A stretch of 64,000 nt of DNA from the NCBI GenBank assembly GCA_965644265.1, contig OZ286462.1:32798001-32862000 (forward strand). The letters run 5' to 3'. Source of the DNA: Glycera tridactyla. Taxonomy: Eukaryota. Below the pieces are notes generated by a model, which was not told the DNA's origin, did not search any database, and saw only the letters and a program-made list of their open reading frames with translations. Below are positions 42,401 to 55,481 of the stretch, in pieces (within the stretch, counting starts at the first letter, position 1; each line of letters opens with the position of its first letter). The position numbers and the translations under genes were made by a program.

Positions 42401-45400
42401 TTCTCTCAATGCATATTCATCACTGTTTTTATATCCACCCACTTCGCCATTACTACCAGTCATCATATACACATTGTAGTCCTTTTCCAATGTTGGTTTT
42501 CATTTCTGTGGGACATGAATTAGGGAAGATTGACAACATTTATCATGCTATTACTCTACAGGTTTTGATCTCTCAGGTAATATCATAGCATATACCAGTG
42601 AAATCACAACAGGATTGAGCATTAGTCTGACATCAGCTCAGCTGCAGCAGCAATCAATCTCTGCGTTGTAATATGGCACACATGTTTTCAGCAGAATATT
42701 GAGTAAATGAGTAGGATGTATCCACTTGAAATCACTATATTGACTCAAAAGAAGATGACACTGAGCTCTAAATATTATTGTGCTGGTGACAGCCGCATGC
42801 CAGATTCTAATGAAGAATATGCTAAGAGATGATACATGTGACATTCACATATCAGCTAAAAGCAAATTTATTTTCAATGGAGTTCATGTTTACCTACATC
42901 TGAGATATCAGTGAAGGAAAGAGGATATAAAAATTGAGAACCTCAGGACATATCTCATACCCTTTTTCGAAGTTCAGTGTGAAAGAGTATGTTTTCATTT
43001 TATTCATTCATCAGAGTCAAATGTCACAGAGGACACAGGACCGACAACAGAGACAGTCACAGCAGGTCAGTATCAGATAAATGACTGATAATCTAACCCT
43101 GCTGACAGCAACATGATATCTGAATTCCTCAGTATCGATGGTATAAAAATCATAGAGATGAATGAACCTTATTGCAGTGCCCTGACGGTTAGACAATTAT
43201 ATGATCAAGCTTCTAATTTCCATGATTAGCCACAGCTAGACCAACTGTCTGACTCACTTGATTAGCGAAGTAGGTCTATCTCTGGTCGAATATGATGAGC
43301 ATATTCGTCAGATTCTAATGAAGAACATGGTAAGGGATGATACATGTGACATTCACATGTCCGCTAAAAGCCAATTCATATTCAATGGAGCTCACCGGTG
43401 CCTACATCTTGGATATAAGTGATGCAAAGAGACCTGAAGAGAATGAACAGCTCAGCATAATCTCTTACCATATTTCAACGTTCAGTGTGAAAGAGTATGT
43501 TTCATTTTATTCATCCATCAGAGTCAAATGTCACAGATCACACTGGACCGACAACAGAAGCAGTCACAGCAGGTCAGTATCAGATGACTGACTGAGAGTT
43601 TGACCCTGCTTACAACAACAGAATGTCTGAATTCTGCACAGCAAATGATAAGACAATCATAGAGATGATCGAACTTTATTGCCATGCACCGATCATGAGG
43701 CAGTGATAAGATCATCCTCCTAATTCGCATGATTATACCCAATTAGACCATATATCTGACTTCCACAATTACCAAAGATGGCTTTCTCTGATATAGCATG
43801 ATGAGCATTTACTTCAGATTCTGATGAAAAATATGACGTGACTATTTTCGTCATTTTCGTGACTATCTCTGACTGGCCTTCCATTAGCCTAGATGTTGTC
43901 TTCCCAACTGACTCAATACTTTTTACCGGATATAGCTTAACCAAAACATATACTTCAGCAATAGGAAGTATGCTCATCATCTGCCTCACTAGGACACTTT
44001 GTTCTGATATCAGAGGAGGCTGTCTTGTTAATCTCTCTGATATCATCATATCATTACCAACATCAACATCATTTTTCACTTGTCCATGCTGCTCACTATC
44101 AGCATACCGTCTCTTGCCATCATATCAACACCACTAACCGTCACCATATACTCATTGTAACTCTCATCCCACTTTTGGCTTTGCGAGACATGAATTGGAG
44201 AATATTGACGACACTCACTAACCAAATAACTATTTCCCTGAAGGTACTGAACTATCAGACTGTGGTCATGTCATTGACTGGCTGATTCACACTAGGAACA
44301 CTGGTTCATGATCTGTTGACCAAGGTAGCATCAATGCCACATCAGACTCCTGCACTGTCAACGATTAGTCAATAAATACAGATGCAGAAACCAATAGTCA
44401 GGCAATGAGGAAGGTCGGTCCTGATTTCATCTTAATGGTGTAACATTTTGGTAGACTGCATGTCTGCATTATGAAGTCTGCATTCCCAGCTAAATTGCTT
44501 CATTAGCCATAGATGCTTATTCATCATGACGAAGTAACTAACGTTTGCCCTGACAGGATTTTCAACTCTAATAGATGTACCTCTCGATATACTTTTTGAA
44601 ATACAGAAAAACCTACGTCTCAGCAAAGGAGAAGATAAGCAACTTGAGAAGACAGAGATTCTGTATGATAATCAATGATATCCGCAGTACCAATATAGAA
44701 TCAGAGGTTTTTCGCAGTACTCGAGCACTAATTTTGATGAGTATGGTATCATATCCATGTTACATTGTCTTTTACTGTGTTTACTATCTCTGCTATCAGA
44801 TATAGGCATCAGATGGCAGAACATAATCATGTATGATGCAAAAAACCGCATCTGTTGGTGAATGTATGTGAAAATTCAATAGTTCCCATTTGGCCACCAG
44901 GCGGCTCTGGGTGCTGGGTTCCATATCTGAAATTGCTTGTTGGGGGTCAACGATCATTCATGCCAAGTTTCATGCTTTTTACCCAAAGTGCATGGTTTTT
45001 CCCTTATCTGCCCCACTATAAGTATATTTGGCAATGAAGTTACATGCCAAAACTAGGAAAAGTGGAGTAGCTGAAACTTTGCATTTCTTGTGTGCAGACT
45101 TTTTCAACAGATGTGGCGAATGCAGTCTGCACTAAATATGAGACCGAGGGTATTGTCTGTGCTCCAAAACTGTTTGTTTGTTCTCACAACTGCAGGATTC
45201 GACAAATTTTTCTTCATCTGTTCTTCGTTTAGGTGGAGCGAAATTTTCATCTGTCCTCCCTGTCATTCTCACCTTCCCTCCTGCGTATAATCATAGGCTG
45301 AATAACTGTTAGGTACCTGCCATCGGGCAGGCAGACTCATAAAATCACCTGCCCTATCAATCAATCCACATGTCTGTGCCAGTAGGGCAACCCTTATCGT

Positions 45401-48400
45401 AGAGCCCTGATATTGACTATGATCCTAGCTCAAGCAACTGACTCATCCCACGGTACAGGCATATCCTTGATGCAGCATCCATCAGCAGATTACTGAGGTG
45501 GGCCACAGTGTGTGCCAGTGATTGATGGCACAGTCCGGGAGCAAGAAACTATCAAACACTTATATTTTCAACACATATTGTCCAACTGATGGCGATGTAT
45601 TCGAGGCATTTCAGCAGTTGTCAAATCACATGAACATGCTGAACAACGTGAGAACCAAGGACACATTGGTACTCAGTGACCTCAATATAGACTATTTGAA
45701 AAGTTCCCCCAATAGATTACTTCTGTCTTTTCTTTAAAAACCATGGGACTCATTCAGATTATCTCCAGACCCACAAGATTATCACTGACAACAAGCACGC
45801 TATTGGATGTTATAAGGGTTAACTGTCCTGACCTCCATCAAATTCCTATTGTTTTCTCCCCTGGTCTCAGTGACTATGAAATGGTTATCACATCAAGAAA
45901 GGGACAGAAAACGTGCAAAGACAAAAAGACCATCAAAGCAGGGACTTCCAGAAACTATACAACCATATACTACAGGCAAGCGCTTGAGGCTACACTTAGC
46001 AAATTTGACTAGCAACCCTTCGAACCTACACTATTTTCATGGACACTCTCACATAGGTATTTGACGCCAAAGCACCATACGAGGTGATGTCAGTCAGAAT
46101 TGTAAAAGTCCCTTGGCGGACTGAGGCCTATATTTCCCTCATAAATGACTATAGGGAAGCCGATGATCAAGCCAGGATTTCAATAGTAGGAGATGATATA
46201 GAGAAAGCCCACCAGCTCATAAATGTTAGAAACAATGCAGCATGCCAACTGAAGAAGTCATCTTTCCTAGGCAAGTTTGAGAAGTACAAGACGGATAGCA
46301 AGAAATCATGGAAAACTTTCTCTCAGCTGCTGTCAAATTCCTCGAAGCATACCAGCATTGAGAGTTCAGAAATGGCCAATATTTTCAATAACTTTTCAGT
46401 GGAGATTGGGCGATACTCTCAGTAGCCAAATTACTGGCCCATCCCTCCCACATGAGCCAGAAATTCCAAAAGCCAATGAATCTTTTGATTTATCGCCCCA
46501 ACATTACCTGAGATCACTGCATATCTGAGAAAAATGCCACTGGCGAAAGCCACAGGTTTCCTGGGAATTTATGCAAGTAACACCACTCTTCAAGGAAGGT
46601 GACCGCTCAGATCCTAATTGCCCTGGGTCTCAAGGTTGATAAAAAAAAGTCTGTACATGCACAGCTTTACAAATATTTCAACAAAAATGAACTTCTAAAC
46701 TCATGTCAGTCTGGATTTCGATCGGGAAGTCACAAATAGTATGATAAATGAATCAGAAAATGGAAAACTCACAGTGGTTGCTTTTTTGGATCTTTAAATG
46801 GCTTTTAAAACGGTCAACCACACCAGACTGCTATCAAAACTGTCAAAATATGAGGTGTCAGAATGTGCTGTTGAGTGGTTCAAAAACTTTCTAGTGGGTA
46901 GACAACAAACAACTGTGATGAATCTGAAAATATCTGAACAGAAAGAAGTTACATCAAGGGATATGCGGGTATGCCCATCTTTTTTTCTCTTTTCGCTTAG
47001 TGTTTGTATGCTACCTGCATGTGTGACTTGTACTCAAAAAGGGAGATACAGTCTTCGGACTACCCCTTCAGAATTGAGATAAAATCATCTATGATTCACA
47101 ATAGTAATAAGAATAATAATGATGACAAATATAATGATAATAACAATGATAACAATATCACATTGATATCATAAAATGAATATGCTTAGATCGGTTGATA
47201 ATAAGTGTTTGTGGCATCATGATGTGGTTTAATCATCTTTCATTTTTCAATTACCACAGTGGCATAAGACCACGTTGACCGAATTCTCTGGCGAAAATGT
47301 CCACATAGCATCGTCAGTCATCAAAACAGTTATATCACATAATTGTTACTACTGAAAGATCCTTCCAGAAGTCAGGTGTTCAACATTGAATTGGAGGCCA
47401 AATGACATAATGATTATTGTTGTGTTGTAGATGTGTGTAACGTGACCAATGTGCAGGTATGCCAGACTATGGCTTTGCAAGTCCTGTTTGACATATTCCT
47501 GTCACCAGGAAACCCCAACCAATGCGAGTGAGTAACACAATGAAGATGCAGTGACTACCACTCACATCACCTATTCTTTTGAATGTACGGTTATTTTCAA
47601 CGACCCATATAAAGCATTTGCAATAAATTGTGACAAACTACCTTCAGGCAGATACTGCTTTCTTTGCTGCATATGCAGCTTAGTGTGTGTGCCAGGCTGG
47701 AATTCTGGATATTTAGTTGAGATGTTGGTTGACATGTATCCATTTGCTCCTGCTATGCACTACTTGGTCAAGATGGCTGTCAAACCTGAGTGAGGTCAGG
47801 CATGATATGATACTCATTTTTGTCATATTTTTCAACCACCATTGTGTATCATGTGCATGTATTCAATGTCTATATCATGTCATCAATTTCTGTTGAAAAG
47901 GTATTTAGCACATTCTTTGACAAGTTTGGAGACTGCACATCTGCTTTGCGATGATGAAGATGTCTTACTCTTTGCCATGCTTGGGCAGTCTGTCTATGCA
48001 AGCCTCGAGTGCGTGAATGGAAGTGAGTATATCTGCTCATAGTTTTCTGGCATTGTATCATTTGCCTCACTTTTATTCACTAGTTGCTAGCTTGTCTCAT
48101 GTACATCACAATACTCGAAAATGAATCGATCTCCACCAAGGATGCTCAGCCTTACGTTGTCACTAGCATCATCACCGTCACATCGTTTTCTTCCTCCTTC
48201 CTCTAGCTCTCCTCTCCCCGCTATCAATACTAGTGTTGTTGTCGTCATCACTGTCATCATCATATTCGACGACATCAATTATGTTGTTTTCATTATCGGC
48301 AGTGAACTGCCTTTGTAATTGTCGGTACCATCGTCGATAAATTGCCATCGACATCGCATTGTCCACCTAATCAATTTCTTTGCAATCTTCTTGCAGCAAT

Positions 48401-50466
48401 ACCGGACATTTCGACTGGATGTGATGAGGTTGCTTTTGAATTCGGAGTCGAACTCCGGCAAGTAGCTTCTGCCTTGGTATCAACAAGTGGACCTGAGATT
48501 TGCCAGTGAGTTCATCATAAGTATTAGGCACTGCCGTCATTGTCATTCCCATGGATACTTCGAAGGATGCACAACCGCCAACATTTCCACCATCATCACA
48601 ATTCACAATTCCTGCCCATCACAACACCTACAACAATAAGTCTATCACCACCAATATCACCACAGCTACCAAAACCAGTCATGTATAATTCTATCGTCAG
48701 CATTTTTACCAACACCTGTATTGCTTTCACTACTGCTACTACCACCAATCATATGCTATGCAAATTGAGAATTATGGTACATGTGTCTGGGTTCCAAAGA
48801 GTATCATGATCCAAGGATCCTACAGAATTGGGTAATTCGTTTCTATCTGGAAGTGGATCGGTATATTCTGGTGGCTGCCTCCCAGATAAAAATGAATTGG
48901 ACTGATAATAAGAATAAACGCTGGGTCGAATTGATAGGATACAGGAACAGGATTGTGAAAATGAATGTGAACAGATGGCCACGGATCGTCTGTGATTCGG
49001 ATTAGTCACTCAAATTGAATATGTGGGCACAAGAGGTCCAAAATGTTCTGATGTATATTACATTGAATGTTGACAAGAATGATCCAGATGGAATTATTGA
49101 TTAAGATGTTCTGTGGGTGAGACTGGAGCGCTTGTTGGAAGAGAGGGTGAGGCTGGAGGCAGATAATAAAGACAAATTAGATGCACTCATCGAGTGCGAG
49201 TTCCCCGCTAAGGGCCGAAATAGTTGGGCAAGTTAGTGCTGGTGGTCCAGAATGCCAGCTCTGAGTTTGTAGAGTACTCTGGGTATAAAAGGTGTATTGG
49301 ATGGGTTTCCAGATGTCATCTCAAAATTGTAAGAAGAATGAAATTTTGTGACGAGGCAAAATTTCAAGATGACCCCTGTGTGAGGGAAAATGTCCTTGAT
49401 CCACAGAATATATTGTGGTCACTTCTTATTTGAGAAGATTTTTTCAAAAGAAATGTTCCCATAGATAAATTGAACGACTTCCATACTTTATGAGTATATT
49501 CATTAGAAAAAAAACCTGGTTCTCATGTATACAGGGGGGTATTTTTATTATTCTATATTTGTTGTTAAGAATGTCTTCCTTGTTTGTAGAAATGCCAGTT
49601 TCTGGTATTTTTATAGTAGTTACTATGTGTTTTTATGTTGACCATGGTGTTTAACCCCATTGGTCTCATGGTTCTAACTTGTGGATCCAATTGTTTTCCA
49701 CCAAAAGCCATAAGAAATTGGGATGAGTCGCTTGCGGGTCGGTGTAGATGAAGTCAAGGACAAATAGAGAAACGTCATTCTTACCCTGATGGTCTTACAA
49801 ATTGAAGTGATGGCCGAATTCGTCTTCAACTACATTTCTCTTTATTCTGTCGAAATGGCCTTGTGGTCTTTTCATTATGCTTGTGCTTGTTTGTCCAACG
49901 TATTGTCTGTTGCAGCGTTTGCAGTGTATGCAATAGATCAGACTCTAGCTCTTGCATGTGAAGTTTATTCTACAGGTATAGCTTTTCCCTGTAAATGTGC
50001 TCTTGATTCGCCCACTGGGATCCAGAACTCTACAGTGGTTACAGTTTTTCGTCTTGTACATGTTCCGATTTTCACAATTTCACAGTTTCGTCATCTCGTT
50101 GTCATCCACCTTTGGCAGTTTGGCTCATATCAATTGGCTCTGTAAATTGGGTGCCCTTCTATAGCCAAAAACTACCTGTTTATGTTCGATGTCCTTTGTG
50201 GCAGACGACCTTTCCAGTACTTCCCAATTTGTTCTGGAGATGTGTTGCATCGGATTATTCCTGGGGTTAAAGGTAACAGTCAGAAAGAATCTGTCGTCCT
50301 TAATCGTGTCCATCTTCTCTTTCGGGATGAGGCTATCCATCCGATCCTTCTTCTGGGTCTGGTCTAGGGCCTGTTCTAGTAAATCCAGTGGGTAGCCCCT
50401 CCTCAAAAATGTCCCGCCATTATCACGCAATGTTTTTTGAAGTCTACCTCCCTGGTGTAGATATAC

Positions 50467-50508
<42 letters not shown>

Positions 50509-50906
50509 GTTTTTGTCGCCTCGTCAGACTTCATATATATATATATATGTGTGTGTGTCTGTGAGTGAGTGTGTGTGTGGGGGGGGGGTGTATATGTGAA
50601 TTGTTCGGGAAACCAAATCCTCTTATCATTGTAATTCAGTAGCAATACCAAGATCCCATCCCCAAATTTCATTCATATAGTGTGCAAAGGTGTAAATTGT
50701 TTTTTTCTTTTCCTTTTTTCCCTAACCACAACTGTCAGAACCAATATTATGATTATCGTTATTATCAATATTATCATTATCAGTAGTTTTAATGTCATAC
50801 TTATTAGTTGCCTTGGTTCCGGCTGTGTGAAACAAGGTATACCAATTTTTATATGTCCGTATTGCGAATCATGATCACTACAAGTAAACTATGAGTTTCA
50901 AAGTTT

Positions 50907-50978
<72 letters not shown>

Positions 50979-53900
50979 CAGACCAGTACTAGTACATATA
51001 CAATCACCATCACCACCACCATTGCTACTAACGCCCATAGCATAACCGCCACAACCACCCATGAAACCATTGGCAGCATCTTGGTGGTGCTAGTGATTAT
51101 GCAGGGAGGTGTACTGATACCTGCTGTGCAGTGATACAGGTGTTCAAGCATTGTAGCCAGGGTTCCAGGGTTCAAGCATTGTAGCCTTTGTTACACAATT
51201 AATCAATTCAACTTTAGATCATTTACTTGCTTTCCAGGGAGCTTGTACAATTCGTGACTATGATTGCTTCGTTTGGTGGCAACAACTGCTGGTTCATTCG
51301 GGAGATCTTAATCCCAAATGCAGAAGTACTATGTGCAGGAATGGATCAGGCATTGCCATGCGATCTGGAGATAATCGAATATCACATCGTTGAACTAGAG
51401 GGATTCGGAATCATATTCCCAACTGGTTCTGACATGAATTCCTCCAGCAGCGAAAATCCTCTTGTGACAGACGCTGCTAACTGCCAGTGAGTATCAATAT
51501 CACAAATTGGACTGTCACAGCTGTGGTATCGCCCATTCCACAAGCCAAAGTCTCTTTCAAACTGTTCGGTTGCCACTGACGTCCAGCAGGATGTGTGCTA
51601 GCATGGCCATGGTCAGAAATATACCATCACAACCAAGAAGCACATATACCCAAGACTATCGTGGAAATCTCTTGTCTATTGTGTTTCGTATATGTGTGGT
51701 ACGGGGGGGGGGGGGGGTAAATTATAGAAAACATGCCAGTTGAAGGCCCGTGAAATCCTCCTGACAATCTCGCCGAGTGAAAGATTGTTGTACCCTCAAC
51801 TGGCATGATTTCTTGCTTTCTTACCACAGATCAGATTCGGGATATACGTCGTTTGTCTGTATAAAAGGAAGGGAAAGTGTAACTTCTCTTATGTGTTTGT
51901 GTAAGTGACACGTACATGCAGGCATAGCCCGACCTCCCTGCCCACGACATTCCTGCGTTATGTGCGATGCTTGATGTCGTCATAATAACAGCGATTGTGA
52001 AGTGACATGATGTCATAATCGAGGTCACAGAACAACTGATGGAATCCACAGTGTGAAAGATAACGCAATTCTCTCACATCTTTCTCTTTCACTGAGTATA
52101 ACACATTTGAGTTAGAGAAGAAGAAATGATACCTGAACAAGATCAAGAATCAAACTGTAATGATATGCTGTATGCTTTCAGGGCAGTGGGAGTGTCAGCG
52201 AGTCTTCTACGGGAAACAATTCTACAGTGTTCCAGCTTCACGCAGCAAATATATGTCACCCAGCTCCACTTTCTAGACGTTCTTCATCAACATTCCTCCG
52301 AAGTCTGTGCAGGTAAGAGACTCCAATAATGAAGTAGGTGAGAGAGAGAATCGGATAAATGAGTGCATCAGTTGATAAGCCAAAGTGAGCGGTTTTATGA
52401 GAGGAGGAAAGAAGAGAGGGAATAGGGGGAAGGGACAAAGACAGACAGAAGGGTGAGCGGATTGAGAGATGGATGGAGAGGTGGAAGGATGAAGAGGTGG
52501 ATGGATGGGTGGATAGATGGTCGGATGCACATTTTCATCTGATCATGATGACACATACAGCACATGCATCAACTTGTGTACGAAATCATAGTTTAAATGG
52601 CCTGATGTTCATAATATTTATTCTGTTACAGATACTTGTAACTCCACCTCAATCGAGTCATGCAGAGTAAATGCTATCACTTCATTCGTCAGTGCCATCA
52701 GCTCTGGTGTTGAGGATCCCTTCCTGGCACAGTGCGAGTGAGTAGATTGGCCAACATCAGAGTGCTAGACGGGAGTTCAAGGATCTGAATACTCAAGAAG
52801 GAATGCGGGTCCCTCCCAAACCATACTTTCGATGCTGTGACCCCTACATCATGCTACACATATTAGTATACATTTGTATCTGCATCGGATACCCATTGCG
52901 ATTGCACATCTTCAAATTCTGTTGCACATTCTGTCAGACATCTGATGTATTGCTCGCCACATTTTNNNNNNNNNNNNNNNNNNNNNNNNNNNNNNNNNNN
53001 NNNNNNNNNNNNNNNNNNNNNNNNNNNNNNNNNNNNNNNNNNNNNNNNNNNNNNNNNNNNNNNNNNNNNNNNNNNNNNNNNNNNNNNNNNNNNNNNNNNN
53101 NNNNNNNNNNNNNNNNNNNNNNNNNNNNNNNNNNNNNACCAATAGCATCTGACTCTTTCAGGATGTCTACAGAGATGCAGGTATGTGTTGACGTGGATAT
53201 TTTCTGGTGTGGGCTGTCATTCGTTGCGGAAATCGATATACTCATGAGTAGTCTCTCAGAGATCACCTGTGTAGCATCAGGTAAGACTTTCTCACCAGTA
53301 GAAAGTGGTAGCTGGTCCTGAATTATTGATATATGATAGAAGTCATATATAAGATCAGCGTTGCATGTGGGGCTATGTGAGTGCTCATGAACAGGATAAT
53401 TAGTCCATCACAGCTGCTACTATACTCTGATGATGAGGAGNNNNNNNNNNNNNNNNNNNNNNNNNNNNNNNNNNNNNNNNNNNNNNNNNNNNNNNNNNNN
53501 NNNNNNNNNNNNNNNNNNNNNNNNNNNNNNNNNNNNNNNNNNNNNNNNNNNNNNNNNNNNNNNNNNNNNNNNNNNNNNNNNNNNNNNCAAAGATGATAAC
53601 AGCTTGAATGATCATGGACATGGCATGGAAGATGACAATGATTACGACAACATAGACAATGAATGTGTGGAGGTGATCACAGTGTCACTTATTGATGCGA
53701 GTTTTTCATTTTCAAGATGAGATCGATGAGGAGATGGAGGCATTAAGTGAACTCGTCACACAATGTTATGGCAATATCGATATAAGCACTTGCGAGTATG
53801 TATTTTTCCCAATCAAAAATCCCTATCTGCACTACGCATTTCAATAGCCAGTAAACTCGATTGGATTTCCTCCATATCATCATTATAGCGACAGTAACAT

Positions 53901-55447
53901 GGATTGCAGTAATGAAATAAACNNNNNNNNNNNNNNNNNNNNNNNNNNNNNNNNNNNNNNNNNNNNNNNNNNNNNNNNNNNNNNNNNNNNNNNNNNNNNN
54001 NNNNNNNNNNNNNNNNNNNNNNNNNNNNNNNNNNNNNNNNNNNNNNNNNNNNNNNNNNNNNNNNNNNNNNNNNNNNNNNNNNNNNNNNNNNNNNNGGTTA
54101 TATATATCTGTATTCGTTGGCTAGACAGATTTTCTGCAAGAGGCTGTAATTGAATGGCATGCTCACTCCAGTGGTCAGTATGTGATGGTGAGGAGCAAAA
54201 CAACCTACATATCCACTGCTGAATTGATATTTACTAGTCCATTGCCATGTTACTGATGTTTTATACACTCACATACGCTGTTTGTTTTTTACCTTATTCC
54301 AGGGGTCTGTCTGCAGTCATTGTATGTGTGTCAGGAAGTACAACTCCAGAGGCAATTACACTGTGCCCATGGGCTGCAGCCCTGTTTTCTCTCACTTATG
54401 ACGTGCAATGTGAGAGTGCATGTGACCTCCCAACTGCTGACACATGCTTTGATCTTGTGACCTCTGTCGTAAATGGCCTGACACCCAGTGAAGACCTACT
54501 CGACAGCCTGGATATCTTTGATGGGTTGGCAGAAGATCTTTGTGGGTAAGTCCATCAGAAAGTGTATGGAAGCCAAATCATGATTCCGGACAGGGGGAAA
54601 GATAATCTGACAGAGAAGACAGACACACAGACATACAGACAGAGATATTGAACAAGTTATGTCATATATTGCTTGTGATTGATTATAGGAGACCAATATA
54701 TTGCCTATGATGGATTATAGGCGACCAAGTAAAGTGAGATATTTCTTGAATGTATTATCAAGAGAGAAACACAAATGAAAGTAAACTATCAGAGTCGACC
54801 ATTTCTTGTTTTCGAATGAAGAGGGCTGAACAGATAGGAAGGTGCTGCTCAAATGCCTCGAGAAACAGAGTGAAAGTGAGAACAAACTGAAGAAGAAATG
54901 AAACTGATTATTATGTTGGTTGAAAGGAAGATGTATATGTAGTTGTGTGTGTATGTGTGTGATTGTGTGCATTTGCCCTTGTCCTCATCTGCTTACATGA
55001 GATCACAATTGAAACATTTCATATTTGCAGAGTCGTCAGTGTAGGTGTACAGTGTGTTTCATCCTCAATCAGCTTCTGCGGTGGATCCTATTCACAAACA
55101 TTCTCATTTGCAAATGTGGCAATATCAGTCATGGCACCAGAGTGTGAAGGTAGGCTCGGTTAGGTCTCATAAATGTGGATTATCGAAAAGCATCCCTTCA
55201 TTTGTCACTCATCAAAAGTATGTGTGGCATGCGATGGTCTCTTGCTTTTCTCCCAGATAATACTGCAAACATGTCATAAACGTGCTACCATATGCAGTAT
55301 CATATGCATCCAACAGACCGATGCATGCACAGAGTTACTCCTCACATGTCTTTAAGCCCCTCTTTCTCCCCGGCGACAAGCTTGAATTGCTGATATATAA
55401 TGCTTGTGTAAGTGTGTGTGTGTGTGCGTGTGTGTGTGTGTGCGTGT

Positions 55448-55481
<34 letters not shown>

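Noticed and set aside
467-43572. Regularly spaced conserved ~51-nt motifs resembling CRISPR repeats or an ncRNA array
   Set aside because: The intervening sequences are 0.5-1.3 kb and themselves repeated, the context is eukaryotic, there are no cas genes, and splice signals explain the motif.
44850-45410. Possible DNA-transposon/MITE pieces, including a hAT-like end (reverse complement cagggctctacgataagggttgccc near 45385-45410)
   Set aside because: No matching second terminus or TSD found; cannot be classified by eye.
47670-47789. Open phase 2-2 segment tgcag|cttagtg...cctga|gtgagg (LVCVPGWNSG...)
   Set aside because: Does not fit the module's Cys spacing and has no independent support.
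48087-48809. Overlapping ORFs rich in D, M, T and H
   Set aside because: Products of low-complexity cat/gat/cac tracts in an intron.
51510-51611. Candidate exon after gtcacag (CGIAHSTSQ...)
   Set aside because: Only 23 nt from the preceding donor, its phase does not chain and the donor is weak.
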